Positions 18,702 to 33,600 of a stretch of 64,000 nucleotides of DNA are shown here, piece by piece. The stretch covers positions 64,001-128,000 of the IMG/VR virus record IMGVR_UViG_3300029305_006221; one strand, given 5' to 3'. The notes beneath the pieces were generated by a model. The model did no database searches. It was not told the origin of the DNA and saw only the letters and a list, made by a program, of their open reading frames with translations. How positions within the stretch are numbered: the stretch's first letter is position 1; each line of letters begins with the position of its first letter. Both the position numbers and the translations under genes were made by a program. This stretch comes from a virus.

Positions 18702-20381
18702 ATGAGTGCATTAAGTGATTACATTCATTTACATAGAGAAAACTATTTAGAGCATGGTACTTTTAGAAATACCGATAATAATAGTAATGATGGAAAAGAA
18801 GCTTTTTAGAGGTTTGCTAATCAAATTTAGAATCGTGCAACTCATTATTTAAATGATGAAACAAGATTGCGTTAGCTTGAAGAAACTTTTAATGAAGAAA
18901 GAAAAAGAAAAATAGAAGCTTTAAAAATTTTAGCTAAAACTCCTGCAGACTATACTAAGTTTATTGAAGCTGTTTTAAAAGCAGCAGAGCTAAAAAAATT
19001 TAATCCAAATGATATAGCAAAATGGCTCACAGTAAATGAAAACAATAATACTTTAAAATTAAATGAAATTTTTGAAAAAGCAGATACAACACAAAGAATT
19101 ACAATTCCTAATATTTCTAGTAAAATTAATTTTTCTTATATCGATACTCTTTTATCTCATATAAAGATTGGTCATCAAATGATAAAAATGCTACAAGATT
19201 AGAATACAAAAAATCTTTTAAGAGATAGATTAAATTTTTTAGCTGCTTCTTTATATCGTATAAAATAGCAGGCTTTAAAAGAAGGAAATAGTTTACGATC
19301 TTTTTATTCAATTAACGATAATAAAATTACTGGTTTATTAGGAGAAGGACAAGTTTTTTTAGACAAAGGTAAAGTAGCAATAAGCGCACCTATGAATAGA
19401 ATTATTAATAATGAAATTATTTCAATTTCTAAAACCGCAAGACTAAGTTCTGTTATGAGTAATATCTTGGGAGCAACAGAAGAAGTTCTGGGAACAATTG
19501 GCGCACCGCTTTTATAGGATATAGCAAATGAAACAATGGATGGGTTTTTAAACAATATAAAATATATATTGAATAATTAGAATATTACTAAAGGCTAGTC
19601 CACTTCATCTATGAACTTTAAAATAGATGATATTGTTTTTAATAAATACGAATTACAAAAAGATAAATATAAAAATTATGTTACAAAACTTGCTGATGGC
19701 ACTCTTACATTGGAGTTAAATTATGATACTAAAAACAAAGCTGACTTTTCTATAAGTGTAGATGGCAATAATATAGGGGTAAGTTCAAAAGCTATTGATT
19801 TAAGTAAAACAGGATACACTAATAAAAAAGGAGAGTATATTCCCGCATAGGTAACTTTACAAAGTGGAACTAATTTATTGGCTTACTTATTAAAAGCCCA
19901 AGAAATTATAGATAAAACTGGAACCCATTTTTTAAATGCTTATGCGACAGGATCCTTAACCGATGAAGCAGACAAGGCCTTAACTATCTTCTTGGTCTAT
20001 ACTGCATTAACAGGAGATATTCTAAAAAAAGAAGGCAATGCTGGATTACTATATATTTATGATACCAGTAATAAATTACCTGATGGTAGTAATAGGGTTC
20101 ATTTTTTTAGCATTGGTTCAATTATATAGTCATTATTAAAAAATGAAAATCCAGAAGATGTGGTATTATTTTCTCCGTCTTTGCAAAGTATATCTTAGGA
20201 ATTACAAAAAGCAAACGAAGAAGTAGATCCAAAAGACTGGGAGTTAGAAGAGAAGAGTAAGATTGGCGCAGCAATTTCTGCTCGTCATACAAAAGTCTTA
20301 GGAGAAGCTAGATTAACAATTTTAAGTATAGCTTTAACTAATGATCATATAAGAAGTTTAATTAATAATAAAATTACTTGA
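18702..20381 (+). CDS. hypothetical tail protein, 559 aa if all 11 in-frame TAG are read as sense
   Basis: AAGGAGG RBS, then ATG 18702. Frame 0 is free of TAA and TGA up to TGA 20379-20381. Joins ORF-track ORFs 19611 and 19878. Confidence 0.45.
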
Positions 20382-20406
20382 CTTCTTAAAAATTTTTTAT
20401 TATAAT
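20378..20406 (+). promoter_or_regulatory. sigma-70 consensus promoter (TTGACT-17-TATAAT)
   Basis: acTTGACTtcttaaaaattttttatTATAATata. -35 = 20378-20383, -10 = 20401-20406. Confidence 0.65.
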
Positions 20407-20447
20407 ATAATTAAGAAAACTAAGTCGAGATAAAAGGAGATAATAAT

Positions 20448-20981
20448 ATGAATTTTACAGAAATGAATTTATCTATTAATAATAATGTTAATACTATTAA
20501 TTTTAATGATAATATTATTATTAATGTATTAAATTATTTACCAATTAAAGATAAGAATGACCTTATTTCAATAGCTCTTTAGAATAGCGAAGAGAATGGA
20601 GTATATAATTTAATTAAATTACATATGTATTTTAATATGTATTTAACTATACTTTATACAGATATTGAATTTGATAATGAAATGCTTGAAAATAATATGG
20701 ATGAAGTTTATAATATTCTTAAGAGTGCTGGCATTATTGATGCAGTTAGAAATGCTATTCCTGAAAGCGAGCTTACTTATCTTGAGTCAACTCTTGATCA
20801 AACAATGTGGAATAAAATGAATCACAAGAATACCTTGGCTTCCGTTATCAATAATTTTATTGAGAATTTGCCAGTTAATGCGGAGACTGCTAAGGGTATT
20901 ATAGAGAACTTTGATCCTGCACAATTTCAAAAAATAATGGAATTTGTTCAAGCGGCGAATGGAAATAGACCTATTAATTAA
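20448..20981 (+). CDS. possible tail assembly chaperone, 177 aa with 1 TAG
   Basis: AAAAGGAG RBS, then ATG 20448. Includes ORF-track ORF 20625..20981. Lies directly upstream of the tape-measure gene. Confidence 0.4.
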
Positions 20982-21084
20982 TTGGACTAAATAAGAAAAT
21001 ATATTTACCCTTATTATTATATTAATAATAAGGGTATTTCTATAGGTATGGAAATACAAAAGAGAAACAAGGAGGAATATTTAA

Positions 21085-24000
21085 ATGGCTAATTAGGGAA
21101 GAATTACTTTTGGCATTGGTTTTAATGTAGATTAGTCTGGTTTAAATTAGCTTAAGGCTTCTTTAGCAAGTTTATAGAATATGCAAACTAGAGATTTAGT
21201 AAATGTAGATTCTAAAGGGAAAGCATAGGCTAAATTACGTGAAATTAAAGAAATGGCTGGCCAAGTAGAAGCTGCTCTTTAGCAAAGTTTTAACCCTGCA
21301 TTAAACACCTATAATATTGATACTTTTAAAAAGAAATTAAATGAAAATGTAGGAACTTTATCTTAGGTAAAAGCAAAAATGGCAGAGGCTGGCGCTGAAG
21401 GTACAATAGCGTTTAGAAATTTAGCTACTGCAATTTCTTCAACGAAATTACCTTTAAGAGAATCTCATGATTTACTTAAGGCAATGGGCACCACCTTAAT
21501 GAACACTGTAAAATGGAGTATTGCATCAAATGCAATTAATACTGTAACAGGTTCTGTTCAAAAAGCTTGGAGCTATACAAAGTAGCTTGATGAATCATTA
21601 AATAATATAATGATAGTAACCGATAAAAGCGCGGATTCGATGGCATAGTTTGCGCGCTAGGCAAATAAAGCCGCAAAAGAGTTAGGTAAAAGCACTAGAG
21701 ATTATACGGATGCTTCTCTTATTTACTATCAATAGGGTCTTGATGATGCATAGGTAAAATCTAGAACCGAAACGACATTAAAGGCGGCAAACGTAACGGG
21801 TTAGTCTGCAGATGTTGTATCTGAATAGTTAACTGCCGTTTGGAATGGTTACAAGGTATAGGCGCAAGAAGCTGAGTTATATGTAGATAAACTTGCGGCC
21901 GTTGCTGCAACTACGGCGGCCGACCTTGAAGAACTTTCAACTGGTATGTCAAAAGTTGCTTCTGCAGCTAATACAATGGGAGTAGATATTGACCAGTTAA
22001 ATGCAATGTTAGCAACTGCTGTTTCTGTAACGCGTCAGGCGCCTGAGTCAGTTGGTACTGCATTTAAAACTGTATTTGCGCGTATTGGCGATATTGAAGC
22101 TGGCATAAGCGATGAAGCTACTCTTGGTGAGTATACGAAATAGATGCAATCAATGGGTATAAATGTCCTTGATACAAATGGCAAACTTCGTGATCAAGGA
22201 GACGTAATTGAGGAAATTGGTAATAAATGGAATCAAATGTCTCGTGAGCAACAAATTGCTCTTTCTCAGACTATGGCTGGTACCAGACAATATAATAATC
22301 TTTTAGCGCTGTTTGATAACTGGAATATGTATGAGCAAGCAATGAAAACCTCTGTAAATGCAGCTGGAACATTGCAGAAACAATAGGACACTTATATGGA
22401 ATCTATTGAAGCGCATATGGAGCAACTTAGAACTGCCGGCGAGCGCGTTTATCAAGCATTGTTAGATCCTGATAGTGCCAATGACTTACTTGATGTATTA
22501 ACTGAAATAGTTGATAAATTTGGTAGCTTTATAGAGTCTATTGGCGGCGGTGGTAATTTATTGATGTCGCTTATTCCTATTTTAACTAGAGTATTTTCAG
22601 GTTCTATTGCAACAGGCTTAACAACTTTTGTAACAAACCTTAAAAATGCAGGCCAAGAAGCAACAACATTAAAATCGGTGCTCTAGGGGATAAATGAAAT
22701 AGGATCCTTAGACAGTTTGACCGAAGCTGATAAAAAAATTAATGATTTAAGACGCACTTTGGTGCTTTTGCGACAACAAGGTGTTATAACAATAGAAGAA
22801 TTTAATTCAATGTCTGCAAGTGTTACAGAGTATGGAGATGCGATTTCAGAAATTGAAAGAAAAAAAGAAAATAGAGAAAAAACTAAAGATAGATTAGGAG
22901 TTTTAACAGATGCAGGCTTAGCAGAAAAAGGTAATCATAATATAGCTAAAGATAAAGCGAAAAGAGAAAAATATTTCGACAGAGTCTATACTTTTGGAGA
23001 TGAGTTAAGCTCCAAAGGATTATCGGAAGAAGCCATTAAATCTTCTATCGGAGATAAAAACGCAGCTCTTGCAAAGAGTGGTGCAGCAAATGCTTATAAA
23101 GAAATTAATGACGCATTGATTTCAATTAAAAATAATATAGATGATATTGATAATAAAAATAAAGAATTTACTAAGGGTATTTAGACCACTATTGCTAATT
23201 AGGAAAAATATAGTAGAACCATTATAGATTCTAAGCGATAGTTTGAGAAACTTGTGGAAAAAACAGAATCTTTAAAAACTTTTTACACTGATACGACTGA
23301 AGGAAAAAAATTTGAAAATTATGAAGCTAGAATTTCTAAATTATTATCAAAAGAACATCTTGACTCTGAAGAAATGGCGATATTGCAAAAATTGCAAAAT
23401 GAATATAGTAGTTTTATTAACAGTCATTTACAAGAAGTGTCGTCTTTAGGCAGTAAAGAGGAACTAGAATCTATTGATATTAAAATTAAAGAATTAACTG
23501 CTTCATCAAATAAGTTTAAACAGTCTATTGAAGATATAAATAAAGCTCATAGTAATCAAGAAGATTAGATTGAAAAAATTAAGTCGAAGTTTGAAGAACT
23601 TGATAAAGAAGCTAAAAAATTAGAAGATGCAAATTTACTTGGCGGAGCAAGCAGAGGAGATTTAACTAAAAGAGCTAATAGCATTAGAAATTTACTTGAT
23701 GACACTAGTAAAAGAGGAGAGCTCTTAAAAGATCCAGAAAAATTATCACATTTATATGAAGAATATGAGGCGACACTGCAAAAAGCAATAGCAGAAGGTA
23801 GAAAAGAAGTTAAAAATTTATCTACTGATATAGATAAGGGTATAACTGATGGAGTTGGAAAAGCAAAGGCTCAAGCAGAAGGTCTTGGAGAGGCTTTAAG
23901 AAATGCTCTTTCAAAAGCTTAGCTAGAGTTAAAGATAAAATAGTTTGTTAATTTAACTTCCAATATTGCAATGGCTGGTAATGCACTTCGAAATTTAATT

Positions 24001-27000
24001 AATTTAGGAGACATTTGGAATAATCAAGATTTAGAACTAGGGGAAAAAATATTTTAGACAATAACCAATGTAGGCTCCTCTTTAAGTATGCTTCTTCCTA
24101 CCATTACAATGATAACAGCTGCAATTTCTAAGAAAACTGCTGCAACTACTGCTTCAACAGGCGCTACAGCCGCTTCTGCGATAACTGATATGTTTTATGC
24201 TAAAACACAGGACGAAGTTACCGAAGAAATGACTGACTAGGCATTTTGGTTAAAATCACTAAAAAGTCTTTAGAACGATCTTAATGATGAACAGAGAAAA
24301 GCAATTGCAAACACATTGAAGGAAGCTGCGGCAAGAAAAAAGAATAATGAAGAGCTTGCTAAAGAAGCTTTGCTTAAAGATACTGAGCAAAATATAAACG
24401 ATAATAAAAAATCTTTTAATCTCTTTAAATCAAAAAAAGCTCCAACAACAGCAGCAGGTAAAGTTTTAAATGTTGGTGGAGGCGCCTTAGCGGCGGCCGC
24501 CGCAGCATATATAGGAGCAACTTTAACTTCTAAGCTTGTTACCTCTTTGTATGATTAGCAAGAAGCCAATTTTAAAGCGGCTTCAGAAGCAGCAAAATAG
24601 GCCGAGTCTAATTTAAACAAAGTAACCGAAGCCTATGACAATTTATCAAATTCACTTTCTAATATTTCTTCTTTAAAGGATTCTTTAAAGGATTTAACAG
24701 AAGGTAGTGTTGAATGGGAAAAAGCGGTTGCTGATATTAATGCTGAAACTAGGTAGCTTATTGAAACATACCCAGAAATAGCTAAAAATGGCTATTATGA
24801 AAATGGAGTATTAACCCTAGACTCAGAAAGTTAGTTAAAAGTTGAAAGAGAATTGTTAAACCAAAGATATAAAGCTCAAAACTCTAAAATAGTAGCAGAT
24901 GAGACTAAATAGGCAGCAGAAATTGCTGCAAAACAAGAAAGTCTTGCAGGCGAGCTTAATTATTTGAATGAACTTTCAGAATTGGGGACTGGGGCAACAG
25001 TAGCAATTTCTCTTGCGCTGGGTGGTATTTTTGGGTTAGCAACTGGTGGATTAGCAGTTCCAATTATTGCTGGATTAGGACTTGGAGCCTTTGGAGGAGG
25101 ATTTTCTACATACCTTGAAGAAGAAGAAGAAAATGATACAGAAGAGGCTTTAATAAAAGTAGTAAACAAATTAGCAGAGTCAGAAGAGAAAGACTTAAAT
25201 GGATATTTACAGAATAGCTCTAAGCATCTCGCAGAATTGTTAGACAAGAATGTTGAAGAGTTAACAAATGCAGAAAGAGCCTTATTGAGTAATACCAGTG
25301 AAATAAATGCTTTAGCTTAGGAGATAAGAAAAGCAAATGAGTTAAAGCTCATGCAAGATACTGAGTTTTATCGTCAAAGATATTTGTCTCAAGGATATTC
25401 TGTAGAAGATGCGGCTGCAATGGGAGGTATGACTGCATCAGCTACCGATTATGCTGCAGAAGAAGAGGCGATAAGTAAACGCGCCGAATAGATAATGAAA
25501 AAGAAGGGGAATAATAAAGATCTCATTATCTAGTGGGCAGAATCTTAGGGAATTACTTTAACCAAGGACGATATTAAAGAAACAGGCGGAGCTAATTTTA
25601 AATATAAAAACGCTAATGGCGAATGGGTATCAATGAGCTATGAAACAATAGCTCGCCAATAGGCCACCACAGAAGTAAAAAATACTGCCTCTAGTGAAGT
25701 AAATGCATTAGAATACAAGAAATAGCTTAACGCAATTGTAAAAGGTATTTCTTTAGAAGGAACAGATATTTTAAAATCACTTTTGGCTTCTAATAAAGAA
25801 ATTTTAGCTGAAAATATTGAAGAGTTTAATAATGCCACTATTGATGAACTACAAAAGATATGGGAAAGGGCTGATGAATTAAATTTATCAAGTGAGGCAA
25901 AAAAAGCGCTTGGAAAAACTATTGAGGAAGCTAAAATATATTAGGAAAATATTGCCACAGTAGAAAACTGGGGTGAAAGCACTTATGATGCTATTAATAA
26001 GATTTTCAATGATAATGGCGAATGGTCTAACATTTGGAATAATTTTAGTGCCTCTTAGATTAGAGCTTTTGGTAAAGCATTAACTAAAATCGAATTATTC
26101 GGTGGAAAACAAGCAGCTAAAGCAGCAGAGTCTATATTTAGTAAGATGACTGATGCAGATGCAGAATCTGTGCTTACTAATATGAACTGGGAATCAGAGA
26201 CTTTACTTGCAGACTTTTCTGCAGAAATGGAAAAAGTTGGTAAAGTTTTAGATTATACTAGTGGAGAAGGTTTTGCGATTGCGTATGCTTTATCTCGTGC
26301 TAATGATTAGATGGTGATTTCCAAGGAAGCGTGGAAAGAAACTGCAAGCATTCTTGAGTCATTAAATGAAGAGCAAGCATCGTTAGATATGGATAATTAT
26401 TAGCATCTTATTGAGATGTATGGAACAGCTATCTCTAAGTATTTTACTCAAATGGAAGATGGCACTTATAGATTGATAACTGCCTCTACTGATTTTGCTA
26501 AGACTATTGATGACTTGGAAGAAAGAAAAATAGAAGCAGCTATTAAGACTGAAATTGAGTCTATTAGGACTTTTGACGAAGAGTATGATAAAATTTTAAA
26601 TGATTTTGTTTTTAATACGATACCTGATTCCGACGATGGAATTTCTGCTTCTAAAATTAAAACGCTTGATGAAATAATTAAGGTAAAAGGATATGAAAAT
26701 GCTAGTTTAACAGGAAAAGATCTTAATAAAACTGAAGGTTTTTCTGAATCACAAACTCATGCGGTGTTATAGGGAGCACTTACTCTTGATGAATATAAAG
26801 GATTAAATAAAGTAATAGATTTTGTTTATACTAAAACATATGGCGATAACTGGCGAGATAATGGTGATGCTTGGAATGATATGACGGAATAGGTTGGCGG
26901 AAAGAATTTTATCATTGATTTAGACCCCGCTGGAGATTCAACATCATTTACTTATGATGAATTACAATAGGAATTTACAGAAGAAGAAATAAAAAAATGG

Positions 27001-30000
27001 TTTAAAAATACGACATCATCTGGAGGATATTATGCAAATAATGTTGAAGCTAACTATGCACAGCTTACTAACGCAATCGCTAATCAAGCAGCCAAAGAAC
27101 GAAATGAAGCTCTTGGAGTCGATAATAAATATGTAAAAAAATCTGATATTGCTCAATGGTTATATTAGTTATCTGCTATTGGCGCGTTAAATAGTGAGCT
27201 TTATACCAAATATTCACAAGAATTAGACGGACTTCCCCCAGAGTCGGAATCATTAAAAGTGCCAGAAGATGGTGGAGATTGCGCTTTTGTTGCTGATGTT
27301 AAAAAAGACCTTGAATCAAGTGATGTTAAACCAGATACTGAAAAATTAAACGAATATATTGATCAGTGGATTAGAAGCGCAGATTCTCAAGAAGAGTTTG
27401 ATGAACGAGTAGCAGAAGCTCAAGGACTAGCTTCAACAGTTTTAGGAGACGAGTTTGATGAAAAAGCCTTTAAAGATACGGTAAAAGAATTACAAATTTC
27501 ATTAGGAGTAAAACTCGAAACTAAGGCGCTTGAAAACTTCAAAACTGAGATGGATCAAATCTCTAATTTAATTTCTAATTTAGATAGTAAACTATCACAC
27601 TTATCATCTGTGGCAGATTCCTTGTATGGACAAGATAGACTAGATTATATTGAGGAATAGAATAAGGTTATTCAACAATAGATAAAGCTTCTTGAACGTC
27701 AAGCTAAGATTGAGTAGCTAGAACTCAATAGGCAAAGAACGTTTACCCCTGGAGAAAACAACACTACTTATGAGGCTGCGTTAAAAGATCTTGCTCGATT
27801 AGCAGGCTATGCAAATGCTGATATTATGAGTGAAGCTGAGCTTTGGAACGCACTCGGTATTACAGATGTAACAACTCAAGAAGGTGCTTAGAATTCTCTT
27901 TTAAATATAAGAGAAATGTTTGCTCAGCGTGGAATAGCTGCTGATGAAAATCTTAATAAGTTATACCTTGCAGCGATTGGTAATCTAGAAACTATTTTGG
28001 AGCCAGTTACTTCTGGAAAAACAAAGTATGCTATAGATGAAAAGAAAGCTCAAGAGTTAGCTAATAATCTTGTTAGTTTTGAACATAAAATTGAATTTAC
28101 TTTAGATGAAGGTGAATTAAAAAGAGAGTTTGAGGCACTAAAACGAGAAGTATTTATTGATGAAGAAGATTTTTCAGAAATAACTAAATCTTATATTACA
28201 GATTATCAAACCGCAATTAGTGATCTTACAACTATTGAAGATGCTCTTAAAGAAATTGATAGTTTAAACATTTCTGCAGAAGCAAAGCTTGAGAAAAGAA
28301 AAGAATTAACTTCTCAATACGGAGAAAAGTTAAAAGAGATTTAGTAGATTGAAGAATCTATTGATCAATAGAGACTTGCAGCTTTAAATAAAATTTCTGA
28401 GGGATATGAAAAACAAATTTCTTATCTTGAAGAAATTAATGGTCTTTTAGATACTCAAAGAAGCATGATAGAGCTTATTTATGGCGAAGATGCGTATGAG
28501 ATGTTAAATTCTTATTATAGTTCTTCTCTTGATAATGCATTAGCTATTCAAGAAAGCACTCAATAGAGATTTGCAGCAGCTGCTTCAAACTATAGCAGAA
28601 TTAACGATACTACAATGAGTGACGAAGAACGCGAAGCTATTATTGAAGAATATACTGCAGCAGGACAGGCAAGCGCAGAAGCGATGTATTCGGTAATGGA
28701 AGCGCGCCGTGATAAATATCTGAATGATACAGAGATTGCTATAAAGAATTTTAATAAGAGTGTTTATGGTAGTTTAGATACAGAGCTATTTACCAGTGAA
28801 TGGGATTGGACTAAATCTCAAATGGATAAATACTATGATTCTGTATAGAGCTTGTTCGAAAAAGATAAACTTGCTGTTCAATTTGATACTGCGGCTAATG
28901 AAGCTACTTCACTTCGTGCACAAGAGCAGATTAATAAACTTAAGAGAGAAGAATTGGCGCAACTTGAAGAAATTGAGAAATTAAGTGAGTATGATGTGCA
29001 ACATGCACAAAAGAAGCTTGATATCCTTTAGGCCGAAATTGCGCTTCGTGAAGCTCAAGAGAATAAAACTCAAATGCGCTTAATGAGGGGCGCAGATGGC
29101 TCTTATAGTTATCAATATGTTGCTGATTAGGCGGCAATTGTTGAAGCTTAGAATAAACTAACAGAAGCTCAAGATGCTTTATATAATATGGAACTAGATG
29201 AATACACTTCTTCTATTGATGAATTTTAGGGCGCAATGTAGGATTTAGCGGATGTAATTCGCAAATTCGGAGAAGATGGTATTTACACCACAGAAGAATT
29301 AGCATTGATTGAGAAGCGTAAAAAAGAAATTTAGAATTTAGCAGAGAGAAGCATAAGAATTAGAACCAATGTTTTTGAATCTGCTGAGTTAGCGGCTTCA
29401 ACTTTTGGTAAAGATCTTTCTGAGCTGACCCAAGGAACTGTTCTTTAGATGACTAAAGATATCGATGCTATTATTAATGAGGTAGCAAAAAATGGTATTG
29501 ATAATAGTTATCAAAGTTTAATGGATACAATGCTTACTATTTCTAATAAATATTTAGATAAATAGAAAACTGGAGCAGAAGAATTGGCCACTGTAATTGG
29601 TTCTGCTGATCCAAGTTCTGGATTAATCGGCTCTTATTAGACATTATCAGAAAAATAGGATGCGGTTATTAAACAATATTAGACTGAATATTCAGAGGTA
29701 TCTATTCTTGCTGGACAATATGATATCCTTAAAGCTTCTCTTGAGCGAGTTAGGGATATGTATATTGCAATTGCAAACGCAAGAAAATTAAGCAATAAAG
29801 AAGAGGAAGAAGAGATTTCTGGACCTGGTCCTGACAATACTAGAACTGGTGGACTACGAAAAACTAATAAAACAAGTAGTGAGGTTGCTAGTTTATTTAA
29901 TCAAGAAGTTTATTTGTATTCAGAAAGAAGCCGATTCGATGAAGAGGGAAATAGAGTAGCAAGCTGGAGAACAGGAAATATTCATACCTATAATAGTTCT

Positions 30001-30588
30001 GGTGAATTAGATATTATTACTGTTTCTGATCATACTGGTAAAGATATGAAGAACACTAAATATACGGTTATAAGTTCAGATATATGGACAGATGCAGAAG
30101 GTTGGGGATATGTGCAAGTGCGAGATAAAGATGGAGAAATTTTTTATCTTCCAATTGAATTTTTAAAAAATGAGAATAAGAATTCAGAGAACGGCCATTG
30201 GGCAGTATTAAATTCTGGATTATTTGATGGTCTAGAAAAATATGATACTGGTGGATACACTGGTGAATGGGGCACAGATGGTCGTATGGCAATGCTTCAT
30301 GAAAAGGAATTGGTTCTTAATAAAAAAGATACTGAGAATTTCTTAGACGCACTTTCAATTCTTCGTGAGCTTAACCTTTCAATGATGGCGCAAATCGGCC
30401 GCTTTGGAATGCCATTTAGCAATTCACAAAATTCTATCTTATAGCAATTAGCTTCTCAACCAATTGAGCAAAATGTTACAATTCAAGCAGAGTTCCCGAA
30501 TGCGACAGACAAAGATGAGATTAAAGAGGCGTTTAATGACCTTATTAATCTAGCTACTTAGTATGTGCATTAGGATGATAAATTTTAA
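21085..30588 (+). CDS. tail tape measure protein, 3167 aa with dozens of TAG codons read as sense
   Basis: AAGGAGG RBS, then ATG 21085. Thirteen ORF-track fragments from 21379 to 29758, all in frame 1, are joined only by TAG. No in-frame TAA or TGA until TAA 30586-30588 across the inter-fragment gaps I checked by hand (23568-24316, 24558-24964, 25320-26416). TP901-family core motif IGNKWNQMSREQQIALSQTMAGTRQYNNLLALFDNW at about 22200. Long Ala/Gly-rich and coiled-coil regions. Confidence 0.8.
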
Positions 30589-30593
30589 TAATA

Positions 30594-30620
30594 AGAGGGT
30601 GGGTTTCACCCACCCTCTTA
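30594..30620 (+). terminator. strong hairpin AGAGGGTGGG-tttca-CCCACCCTCT immediately after the tape-measure gene. Weak T-tail
   Basis: Shares its GGGTGGG/CCCACCC core with the terminator at 43707-43736. Confidence 0.5.
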
Positions 30621-30642
30621 AAGAGAGAAAAGGAGAGATAAT

Positions 30643-33600
30643 ATGAGTAATATAGTTGAAAATTTATTTTCAGCGGTTGATATTCAAATTGATAGTAAAT
30701 TGCGCCAAACGGACTATACGCGCACCATAATAGGAACTGTCATTGGATGCATTGACCCAGAATAGCGTATTTATAAGATAAACTATCAAGATACTATATT
30801 TGAAGCTTAGGCGCCGACTGGAGAATATGGTAAAGATGAGAAAGTTAAGATACTTACCACCAATGTTGAAGATGAGTCACTTAAAGTGATTGTTGGGCGC
30901 ACCTCAGTTAGTGATTTAACCACTTTAAAAGAGAGCTCTTTATATACCTCTTTAGGCTCTTCTATTGTAGAGGATAATGAAGAGGATGATATTGTTGAAT
31001 ATACTCTTTCTGATTCTAAAACAATACTTTATGAAAAAGGCGAGTCTAATAACCTTTTGAAAGTGAATGAGACTTTATTAGAAAAGCATCTTAAAGAGTC
31101 TATGATGTTTTCTATTGGCGCAGAAGTTTTAGCTGAACTAAGTTCTGGAAGTATAGATTTAGTTTTTGAATTAAGTTACAAAGGATAGCTTGTTAAATCT
31201 GCTGTAAAAATAGAAATTACTCAAAATAGCTTTGATTTTAAATCTTATCAAAGTTATTTTAAAGATTATGAATTTGATACTATTGAATCTATTTATTTGG
31301 AAAAAATAAATGAATTATCTAATTCAGAAGTATTAAAAATTAAAAATATAACCTTTAATATTATAAAAGAAAACGAAAGTGCCAATCGTATGTAGGCGGT
31401 TATCCATGGATATGAAGGAGATACTCTTCACGATAAAGTAGAGCAGATTACGATTGAGGCAAGAATGATGTAGGGCGCCACTTTTATAGATCCTGATTTA
31501 TGTGGTTTTTAGTGGTATATTGAGGATCCTTGGGAAGAGAGCGGCTGGAAAAAATTGGAAACGGCGCGCTGGTAGAGACCTATTGTATAGCTTACTTCAG
31601 AAGATATATATTATTCTCCAATGAAATATAAGGTAGAAATTACTTATGGAGAAATGATTTTTGAAGCTAATACTATTTTAAAGAATTTAACCCCTTCTTA
31701 TTCTGGTTTATATATCTCATAGCAAACAGTAGACTCTTATGAAAAAGTTCTTATTGCAATGAATGAAAATGAAAAAGAGTGTCAATATAAATGGGAACAC
31801 ATAGATGTTTATGGTCAAAAAGACACATCCTATTCTACTGAACAATAGATATCAGTGTTCTTAGATAGTAATTATAATCTTTGGAAATGCCATTACAGAG
31901 ATGGTGACAAGTATATTGGATATGCTTCTATAGTTATTAATAATGATGATTTATTATACTTGCCTGAATAGACTGTGGAATTCGCTTTTAGCGATAATGA
32001 AGATCATGCACCTTTTGATGGACCTTGGGCACCTCGTATAGGAGAAATAAGTAATATTGATAAACCAATACTTTGGAAGCGAGTTACTAAAAATATAGAA
32101 GAAGGTAAAAATACAATAGTAATAAGTTCGTGTAAAGAAAGAAATATTGCTTATATAGAGACTAAACAACAAGATCTTTATCGTATTTGGAGAGTATATT
32201 ATACTAATGGTTTTATTGAATATAATGATATGTTAATTTCAGAATAGGATGATGGATACTAGTATATTCTCTATGGAGAGAAAGATGGGTTGATTGATAT
32301 TGATAAGAAAAAAGAAGCAACTTTAGAATCGGATATAAATACTGATTATCCATATCTCTGTTATGAAAAAACAAATACTGAAACAAGGATGGTATTAGCA
32401 AAACTAGGAACCGCTGACTATACTGGAATTCCTTCATTAACCTTCTATTGGATTGGTAATAATTATCCTTATGTAGGAGTTGAAAATAGCAAGGTTTATT
32501 TTGGGAAGCCTGATAAAGAATATGACGTATGGACGACAGAGGCTTTAGAAATTGATAATGAATATAAAAATAGATATAGAACTGAATGTCCTTATAACTA
32601 GCTTGGTAAGCTACACTATAACGAAAATACTAAAGATTGGAGTAATTTCGTTTTAGATGGTAACTATTCAGTAGATGGTCTTCCAGGAGCGCCCGGCGCG
32701 CCAGGAGAGCCCGGTAAAGCCGCTAAAAGCTTTCGATTAAAAACGGATGCTTTAATTTATAAAAAATCTTCTCCAGAATATATTGCTTTTTCAATAGAAA
32801 TAAGCGGATATGAAACTTCTGAATGGGAAATTAAAGCGGAAGTTCTTAAGGATAGCATTTGGACATCTGTAAATGATTTGGGTTTTGGAATAGTTTTAAA
32901 TCCAGATTCTAAAATTTTAACATTAGAGCATATTTCATCATTATATTCTGAAATTCGCTGCACTGCAGAATTAACCTCCAAAGAAGCGGTTGATGTTGTT
33001 ACACTTACTCGAATTGAAGATGGAGAAGCTGGTTTTAATGTTATTATTTCTAATCCGAATATTATTTTTGATAAAATTAATAATACTGCAATAGAAGTTG
33101 CAGATATTGAAGTATACCAAGGGAAAGAAAAAATTGAATGCTATGACACTAAGCCTATAACAAACGATTCTTCTAAGCGCTATGTCGCAGTAGTATCAAA
33201 CAAATATCAAAAAGAAAGTTTAAATAAACCTGACAATGCTTTAATTTAGAATTTAGTATTTTAGAAATCAGCGCCAGAAGAAGAAAAGTTGACAGCAATG
33301 ATTTCTAACCCAGGCGAGTCAGGTAAATATTATTTGCAAATTGAGATATATGATAACACAATTGTAGCAAACGAAGGATCTGTCCCAGAAATAATCTTGG
33401 ACTCTAGTATTAATTGTTTGGTTATCGATAATGGTCTTCGAATTAATATTTATAGTGAAAACTACTCTTTTTAGAATGCAGAAAAAAAATCAGTTCCTTT
33501 AGAGATTGCTGTTTAGCAAGGTCTTGCAACAGTAGTAGATAGGACAGGCACAATTTTAACAAATGTTGGCTATGAATTTTAGTTTTTTCAAGAAGGTTAT

